From: an uncultured virus (IMG/VR IMGVR_UViG_646564563_000001)
Taxonomy: Duplodnaviria > Heunggongvirae > Uroviricota > Caudoviricetes
Length of the DNA stretch: 21,692 nucleotides
IMG/VR virus record: IMGVR_UViG_646564563_000001
Reading direction: 5' to 3' (one strand)
The notes under the pieces are model-generated. The model saw only the letters and a program-made list of their open reading frames with translations, was not told the DNA's origin and did not search any database. Of this stretch, positions 16,449 through 21,692 are shown piece after piece (the first letter of the stretch is position 1; every line of letters begins with the position of its first letter). Made by a program: the position numbers and the translations under genes.

Positions 16449-16912
16449 CGGTTCACCCTCCGACGAGCGGCCAGAGCCGCCCGGCGTGCCTGCATTTCTT
16501 CGATGTGTTCTTCGAGAAGCCGCTCTTCGATCAGAGCGGCATATTCATCCTCGATCACCGTCAGGCCGAACTCACCCGGCACGAAGCCAAGCAGGTCACG
16601 CGCCCCGGTGACCTTGACGAGCGCGATGAAGGCATCGAGCGGGATGCGGTGCTCCTCAGACCCTTCGGAACACCACTTGTTGAGGATTGCCTCTGACACC
16701 GGACGGCCAAGGAACTCAGCCATGTCGCGCGCGATTTGCGCTCTCGACTGACCACTATCGCGCGCGTCGCGCAGCGCATGGGCAATGATCCGCGCAATCT
16801 TGCTGTCCAGCCGCCCGCGCCCGATGACGTCGGCGCTGTAACCGACGGCAACCTTCTTCGGCTGCCATTCGAACAGGTCTTTCGTCAGGGGATCACGGTG
16901 ACGGGGGGGCAT
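16445..16912 (-). CDS. Phage early protein with HTH-like segment (CII-like appearance), 155 aa
   Basis: SRAQIARDMAEFLGRPVSEAILNKW. Coupled to the transposase. Confidence 0.8.
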   Translation of the reverse strand: MPPRHRDPLTKDLFEWQPKKVAVGYSADVIGRGRLDSKIARIIAHALRDARDSGQSRAQIARDMAEFLGRPVSEAILNKWCSEGSEEHRIPLDAFIALVKVTGARDLLGFVPGEFGLTVIEDEYAALIEERLLEEHIEEMQARRAALAARRRVNR

Positions 16913-16913
16913 G

Positions 16914-17765
16914 TCAGATCTTCCCCTGCCGACGCAGGGAGGCGATCACGCGCCCCTCATGGGCCAAGACCACCCGATCAAGCGTGTGATCGTCCAGCGC
17001 CTCGATCGCGCGATGCACCGCCTGGTAGCGCTTTTCGACCTCGCTCGGGCGCGATCCGGCCTCGATCAGCACCAGCGCATCTGCCACGCTGGCCGCGATC
17101 GGCGGATCGCTCAGCAACATGTCCATGATCCGCTCTTGTCGGGCCGGGCTTTGCTCGGACAGCGCCTTGATTTCCGACTGGTTCGAGGCGGTCTTGGTGC
17201 CCACCAGACGGCGGCGGCTGTCAGGCGTCAGGCCGGTCCAGATCTTGACGGCGATGTTGATCGCGCGCTTCGACATGCCGATTTTTTCGGCCACTTCCGT
17301 AGCAAAACCGAAGATTTGCACCTTCTCATCACCGGTGGGAAAAGTTTTCCCACCGCCGTTTGCGAAGTCAGGGTGCATCCGATCCCAGACCACCTTCAGC
17401 TCGTACAGGTGCTGCGCCCGGTCCAGCGCCGTCAGCTCGTTGCGGCCGAGGTTCTCCAGAACCTCATCCATCCGCGCTTCGTCGGTCGAGCGCTCGGAAA
17501 GCACCCGCGCCGGGATCGCCGCGCGCCCCAGCAGCTCGAAGGCGCGCAGCCGGTGCAGACCGGCGATCAGCACATAGATCGGATGGTCATCGGTGCTCGC
17601 AAAATGCGGCTTCACGGTGATCGGGTGCATCAACCCCTGCACCTCGATCAGCCCGGCCAGCGCCGCAGCGCCGTCCGCATCGAACGACCGCGCCCGATCC
17701 TCCGGAACACGGATCGCATCCAGCGCGATGTCAGTGAAAACTTCGGTCGTCATGCCTGTATCCAT
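16914..17765 (-). CDS. ParB N-terminal domain protein with HTH, about 283 aa
   Basis: GLMHPITV, LIAGLHRLRA and ENLGRNELTALD. Alternative start at 17753. Confidence 0.88.
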   Translation of the reverse strand: MDTGMTTEVFTDIALDAIRVPEDRARSFDADGAAALAGLIEVQGLMHPITVKPHFASTDDHPIYVLIAGLHRLRAFELLGRAAIPARVLSERSTDEARMDEVLENLGRNELTALDRAQHLYELKVVWDRMHPDFANGGGKTFPTGDEKVQIFGFATEVAEKIGMSKRAINIAVKIWTGLTPDSRRRLVGTKTASNQSEIKALSEQSPARQERIMDMLLSDPPIAASVADALVLIEAGSRPSEVEKRYQAVHRAIEALDDHTLDRVVLAHEGRVIASLRRQGKI

Positions 17766-17774
17766 CTGAGTTTC

Positions 17775-17966
17775 TCAGCACACGGCGGCTGCGCGCCGCT
17801 TCGTGCGTGCCATGCCTGCAGCCAGTTGCAGCTGCAGGCCGATGTCTTTGGTTTCCGGCTTGGACGCCGCCTCGGCGGCGATCGCATCGACGGCGCTGAC
17901 GAGCCGAAGATGCATCGCCACCAGGTCGGCGACCTCATGGGCATTCATCGCCACGATCCCGACCAT
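17775..17966 (-). CDS. Hypothetical protein, 63 aa
   Basis: TGATG coupling to the upstream gene; fills the operon gap. Confidence 0.6.
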   Translation of the reverse strand: MVGIVAMNAHEVADLVAMHLRLVSAVDAIAAEAASKPETKDIGLQLQLAAGMARTKRRAAAVC

Positions 17967-18256
17967 CACCGCCCCCGGCCTTTCGGCAGCTGCGGGCGCA
18001 CCTCGTCTCTCAGCGCGCCGCCAGCCCCGCGGCACCGGTCGCACAGCCGGTTGTGAAACCCCAGCGACAGGAACGGCTTGCGGCAGCACATGCACGAACG
18101 GCTTTGCGGCCGTTTCTTTTCGGGGATGGTCTCGAAGTGGCCCTCAAGCCAAGCTTCGGCCTTCTTCCGGCTGTCAAACTTCGGGGCCTTGCCGCCGACA
18201 CCGGCGACAGAAAACCCCGCCGAGGTGCTCACGATATGCGGACGATGCTGGGTCAT
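17966..18256 (-). CDS. Small zinc-finger protein, 96 aa
   Basis: CMCCRKPFLSLGFHNRLCDRC. ATGA overlap at 18253-18256. Confidence 0.75.
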   Translation of the reverse strand: MTQHRPHIVSTSAGFSVAGVGGKAPKFDSRKKAEAWLEGHFETIPEKKRPQSRSCMCCRKPFLSLGFHNRLCDRCRGAGGALRDEVRPQLPKGRGR

Positions 18257-18378
18257 TGCTGCACCACCACCGCATAGATGCCCAACCCCCACAGCGCCGT
18301 CCCGATCGGCAGGGCCACGATGACGATCAGCACCGTCAGCAGCTGCAGGAGGTCATCCAGACGCTTGCGGCGCGTCAT
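18253..18378 (-). CDS. 41-aa membrane microprotein (MTRRKRLDDLLQLLTVLIVIVALPIGTALWGLGIYAVVVQQ)
   Basis: Coupled at both ends. Basic N-terminus followed by a hydrophobic helix. Confidence 0.65.
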   Translation of the reverse strand: MTRRKRLDDLLQLLTVLIVIVALPIGTALWGLGIYAVVVQQ

Positions 18379-18512
18379 CACGGCGCCACCCCGGCGATGC
18401 CGCCGAGCCCCCCGGCCAGAAAGCACCCGACCCAGATCGTCAGGACGATAGACGCCGCGCCGATCACGTCCTCGATCATCTCGACAAGCCCGAAGCGATC
18501 CTCACCGCCCAT
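18378..18512 (-). CDS. 44-aa membrane microprotein (MGGEDRFGLVEMIEDVIGAASIVLTIWVGCFLAGGLGGIAGVAP)
   Basis: GGAGG RBS, TGATG coupling to the next ORF, hydrophobic helix. Confidence 0.65.
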   Translation of the reverse strand: MGGEDRFGLVEMIEDVIGAASIVLTIWVGCFLAGGLGGIAGVAP

Positions 18513-18819
18513 GACCGGCCTCCGTCACCAGCGCCACCGGCATCGCAACGCTCACCGGATGCGTCATCATCGACGCCACCGCCGCCCGCAGCAGCAGATC
18601 TTCACTGACCGCCGCGCGGCCATCCTGCTCATGCGCTTCCGCCACCAGGAACGACTGGATCTCGCGCAGCGCCTGGGCCAACCGCGACCGCGTCCACTGG
18701 TCGGGCGGCAAGCCACCCGACAGAACGGCGATCGCCTCGCCAAGATCACCGGCCGCACGCCGAAAACCGGCCGCGGACCCGTCAAGAACGGGCGTGGGTT
18801 TGGACGAAATCGGGCTCAT
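18502..18819 (-). CDS. Hypothetical protein, 105 aa
   Basis: ATGA overlap with ner; GGGAG RBS. Confidence 0.7.
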   Translation of the reverse strand: MSPISSKPTPVLDGSAAGFRRAAGDLGEAIAVLSGGLPPDQWTRSRLAQALREIQSFLVAEAHEQDGRAAVSEDLLLRAAVASMMTHPVSVAMPVALVTEAGHGR

Positions 18820-19109
18820 GCTGCGACTCCCTTGTCAGGATCGAGACCCGCTTTTTTCCTTGCGATCCGGGCTTCATTCTCGGCAGAAAGAAGCGAGGAT
18901 TTCCGCATGGGATAACGAGTCGGGAAAAGCTCCGCGGGCGGCACGCCAAGAAAATCGGCGAGGACCTTCTCGGCAGAGCGGACGGGGCGGCTCCAAACGG
19001 ACCGCATCTGACTCGGGTTCATGTCGTTGAGGATGGCAAGGCCCGTCAGGGTCATGCCTTTCTCCTCAAGGGCGCACTTGATCTGGGCTTTCGTCCAGAT
19101 TTTGCTCAT
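18816..19109 (-). CDS. ner: Ner/Nlp family transcriptional regulator, 97 aa
   Basis: IKCALEEKGMTLTGLA...AEKVLADFLGVPPAELFPTRY. GGAGG RBS before ATG 19109. Divergent from the repressor. Confidence 0.92.
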   Translation of the reverse strand: MSKIWTKAQIKCALEEKGMTLTGLAILNDMNPSQMRSVWSRPVRSAEKVLADFLGVPPAELFPTRYPMRKSSLLSAENEARIARKKAGLDPDKGVAA

Positions 19110-19204
19110 CTGGGACCTCCTGGGGAAAGTCGATGTTGGCGCATCGGCTTTTTTCGGTTTCGTTCGTTGCAATCGTCTGCGGCTCACGCCGCCGACACAG
19201 GTAA

Positions 19205-19240
19205 GGGATAACAGCGCTTCTCTGTTTAGTAAACAGAGAA
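19205..19240 (-). promoter_or_regulatory. Putative early promoter with overlapping palindromic operator
   Basis: Perfect inverted repeat TTCTCTGTTT-agt-AAACAGAGAA (19218-19240). On the - strand TTTACT-17 nt-TATCCC (19233 to 19205). Confidence 0.65.
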
Positions 19241-19253
19241 AGTGAACTTATAG

Positions 19254-19970
19254 ATGGGTAGAAAACCAGTATCAAAAACAGAGTTTTCCCAGAGACTTAC
19301 GGCGGTCCGTGAGGCGTTAGGGCACGAAAGCAGGAAAGCATTCGCAGGTGTTCTTGGGATGAACCCAGAGACATTGGGGGGCTACGAGAGGGGAGACACC
19401 TCCCCTGACATGCAGTTCCTTGCTCGCTATAAACAGGATTTCGCTGTTAATCTGGATTGGCTTATCACCGGTGATGGAGAGATGTTTCAGTCTTCAGCAG
19501 GGAGCTCCCAAGGGCTCCCCGCGCCGATCATGGATTTCAGCCAACCGGATTTCGTCAGATTGCCCGTTTACAACGATGTGCACGCCTCGGCCGGGTCGGG
19601 CATGGTGCCCGCCTCAGAACAGGCCGACGGCGTGGTCGCCTTCACCCGCCGTTTCCTCGCCAACCAGGGCGCAAGACCGGATCACTGCTCGGTCATCTGG
19701 GCGCGTGGAACCTCGATGAAGCCGACGATCCCGGACGGCGCGCTTCTCGTCGTCGATCACAGCCAGCGCGAAGTCGAGCACGGCTGCATCTACGTCTTCA
19801 ACGTCTCAGACCGGCTCCTGGTCAAACGCGCCAGATGGCGCCTCGACGGTCGTCTCGAACTCGTCTCGGACAATGCCGACGAGGGCTATCCGGTCGAGAC
19901 CTTCGGCGCCGAATCCGTCGATCAACTGCGCGTCGTCGGCCGCGTCGTCTACTTTGGGAGGACGCCGTGA
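19254..19970 (+). CDS. CI-like repressor (XRE HTH plus S24 peptidase), 238 aa
   Basis: HTH with YERG and VNLDWLITGDGEM. ASAGSG cleavage motif; catalytic GTSM and LVKR. Confidence 0.95.
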   Translation: MGRKPVSKTEFSQRLTAVREALGHESRKAFAGVLGMNPETLGGYERGDTSPDMQFLARYKQDFAVNLDWLITGDGEMFQSSAGSSQGLPAPIMDFSQPDFVRLPVYNDVHASAGSGMVPASEQADGVVAFTRRFLANQGARPDHCSVIWARGTSMKPTIPDGALLVVDHSQREVEHGCIYVFNVSDRLLVKRARWRLDGRLELVSDNADEGYPVETFGAESVDQLRVVGRVVYFGRTP

Positions 19971-20058
19971 TCGATCAACCGACCGATATAGCCCGCTCGC
20001 ATGGTTCGGCATCAGCCTCATCGGCGGCGTGCTGGCACCGGCGGCAAAATTTAATCGC

Positions 20059-20087
20059 TTGACTTACTAACGCTACGTTAGTATAAG
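20059..20087 (+). promoter_or_regulatory. Near-consensus sigma70 promoter with palindromic operator in its spacer
   Basis: TTGACT-17 nt-TATAAG. TACTAACG-cta-CGTTAGTA at 20065-20083. Confidence 0.8.
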
Positions 20088-20131
20088 GGGGCATGCAAAC
20101 GGGGCATCCCCCCACGGAATGGAGAGCCAAG

Positions 20132-20512
20132 ATGACCAACCGCGCCACCTGCCGCATCATCGAGACGCTGGGCAGCCCGACCACCGACGCTGCGATCGGC
20201 TGCCTGATTGGCCTCGGCCATCACGAACTGGCCGACAAACTGGCCGCCGCGGAATATGACCGCGATTTCTGGCAGCGGTCGCTCGACAAGCTCCCGCGCA
20301 ATTCCGAGCTGGCGGGCGCCGATGACAACGACAACGCGGATCCCTTCTGGGCGTTTAAATATAAAGACGTTGCGGCCGGAGACCTCGCATTCTCCAACCT
20401 CACGGCAGCCCAGAAAGAGGTCAACCGCCTCTCGGCCGAGGTCGAGGAGATCCGCCAGCAGATGATCTTGCAGCTTCCGCTCGGCACCTACGAAGATCAT
20501 CTGGGCCTCTGA
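20132..20512 (+). CDS. Hypothetical protein, 126 aa
   Basis: GGAG RBS before ATG 20132. First gene after the promoter. Confidence 0.75.
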   Translation: MTNRATCRIIETLGSPTTDAAIGCLIGLGHHELADKLAAAEYDRDFWQRSLDKLPRNSELAGADDNDNADPFWAFKYKDVAAGDLAFSNLTAAQKEVNRLSAEVEEIRQQMILQLPLGTYEDHLGL

Positions 20513-20568
20513 CCGCCCTGCCAGTGCGGCCCTACGGGGCTGCACCGCCGGACGATCAGGAGATGCTG

Positions 20569-21000
20569 ATGGCGCAGTATGACATCAAATATGCCTGCGG
20601 CCACACCGCCACCAAGCAGCTGTACGGCAAAGACGCGGATCGGCAGCGCTACATTGCCTGGGCGGGGCTCAATGCCTCGTGCCCGGCATGTACCGCCGCC
20701 AATGCGGCCACAGCATTGGCGGACCTCGAAGCCGAGTATGGGCTGCCTCCCCTCGACGGATCGCTCAAACAGATCGACTGGTCTCGTCAGATCCGCGCAG
20801 ACAAAATTCGGGAGTTTGTGGTGCTGATGGACAAGCAGCGCGCGGCGGTTCGGGAAGATAAGCTTGAGCTTTTTGATGTGCAAAATGCAGTGGTCATTAC
20901 CGCGATGTGCGGCGTGACAGCGGCAAAATGGTGGATCGATCACCGCGATGACGGCGCTTTTTCGGTGGCGCGTCAGCTGTTTGCCCAGGCCAAGGGGTAA
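20569..21000 (+). CDS. Putative Zn-binding phage protein, 143 aa
   Basis: AGGAG RBS. CGH...CPAC, LPPLDGSLKQIDWSRQIR and AKWWIDHR. Confidence 0.85.
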   Translation: MAQYDIKYACGHTATKQLYGKDADRQRYIAWAGLNASCPACTAANAATALADLEAEYGLPPLDGSLKQIDWSRQIRADKIREFVVLMDKQRAAVREDKLELFDVQNAVVITAMCGVTAAKWWIDHRDDGAFSVARQLFAQAKG

Positions 21001-21002
21001 CC

Positions 21003-21692
21003 ATGCTCATCCGCGACAGTCTGCGCATTACGATTAACAGCCTGCATGGCGGGGCGGCTGTGCAATTTCCCAAAGACACAACCCTGATCAGCAGTTTCAA
21101 AGCGCGCTTTCCGCGGGCGCGGTGGGGATCCGGCACCAGGTCATGGCACATTCCTGGCAAACTGGCGGCCGCGCGCGCTCAAATATGGGCCGAGGAGCAG
21201 TCGGACTATCTCGGCAGGCTCGAAATGGCGGCGCGTGATGCGGAGTGGGCAGATCAGTCCAAGCCCAGTCCCAGGCCCGCAATCCGGTCGATAATGTGGC
21301 ACGCGATACCCGGGCAACCGTCTCGGCGCGCTACAGCGGCGCCACCTTCTGGCGACATCGAGCGCGCGGTGCGGGCCGTCGAGGATCTGGCGCAGGACAC
21401 CGTACGCCGCGTGCTTTGGGGATTCCTTTCACCGCCCTTCGGGGTGTGGCAGATCTATCCTGCCGGATGGGAGACAGGCTACGGCGATAGCACATACATG
21501 GGGTTTTCGACCTGGCACAAGCTGACTGGCGGCACCGGTACGGTGCATTGGCGTTGGCAGGCCGTTTGCGGCGGCGACACCTGGCAGACAGATGGCTGGA
21601 TGCCAGATGCCCTGTGGAGTAATCAGGCACTGGCTGGACACCGCGCCAAACTGTGGGCCGCGATCAATCCCAAACTAGGTATCGTGATATGA
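21003..21692 (+). CDS. Hypothetical protein with HARP-like N-terminal segment and Trp-rich C-terminus, 229 aa
   Basis: Starts 2 nt after the upstream stop. VQFPKD...FKARFPRARW...RSWHIP pattern. Confidence 0.7.
   Translation: MLIRDSLRITINSLHGGAAVQFPKDTTLISSFKARFPRARWGSGTRSWHIPGKLAAARAQIWAEEQSDYLGRLEMAARDAEWADQSKPSPRPAIRSIMWHAIPGQPSRRATAAPPSGDIERAVRAVEDLAQDTVRRVLWGFLSPPFGVWQIYPAGWETGYGDSTYMGFSTWHKLTGGTGTVHWRWQAVCGGDTWQTDGWMPDALWSNQALAGHRAKLWAAINPKLGIVI

Larger units (their letters stand above)
1..21692. mobile_element. Mu-like transposable phage/prophage (partial: immunity, transposition, middle, lysis and head-packaging modules)
   Basis: Mu-type gene order: repressor divergent from ner, transposase A, ATPase B, gam, gemA, mor/C, lysis, DUF1804, terminase, DUF935 portal, gpF, gpG. 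Genome ends are not seen in the window. Confidence 0.97.

Noticed and set aside
14280..16751. 823-aa + strand ORF, and similar long + ORFs at 2726-3910, 11634-12947, 13273-14445, 16911-18056 and 17803-18915
   Set aside because: Shadow ORFs opposite well-supported minus-strand genes.
17890..17915. CTGACGAG as a second hammerhead core
   Set aside because: No GAAA partner or flanking stems; lies within a coding region.
19967..20070. Short ORFs after the repressor
   Set aside because: Little coding support and overlap with the promoter. The hydrophobic frame lacks its own start, so it is possibly a remnant.
1..21692. CRISPR array, tRNA/rRNA genes, phage termini
   Set aside because: No regularly spaced repeats, cloverleaf structures or convincing end repeats were seen by eye.

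Overview
The whole window is part of a Mu-like (transposable) temperate phage or prophage with high GC. Gene order resembles transposable phages of alphaproteobacteria, plausibly Rhodobacteraceae; the host is an inference. Almost all genes run on the minus strand from a repressor/ner switch at about 19.2 kb. The early and middle region encodes Ner, small membrane proteins, a ParB-like protein, MuA transposase, MuB ATPase, HTH proteins, Gam, HU, GemA, a DUF2786-like protein and a Mor/C activator. The late region encodes endolysin, holin, DUF1804, terminase, portal, gpF and gpG. A three-gene accessory operon lies on the plus strand behind the repressor. Neither phage end is visible. The most notable signals are non-coding. 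(1) A complete type II hammerhead ribozyme fills most of the gap between the HU stop codon and the next ribosome-binding site. (2) An A9 slippery run at the end of the portal gene would fuse portal to the gpF ORF, which lacks a convincing start and ends in a PBECR2-like nuclease domain. (3) A near-consensus antisense promoter drives a candidate structured RNA of about 75 nt right behind that nuclease domain, where a protein immunity gene is missing. (4) A 33-bp palindromic element is duplicated in front of two late operons. (5) A palindrome-containing promoter drives a possible anti-defence operon. (6) There is a paralogous pair of small proteins and a stand-alone DUF6527-like gene. All family assignments come from motif recognition by eye; no searches were run.
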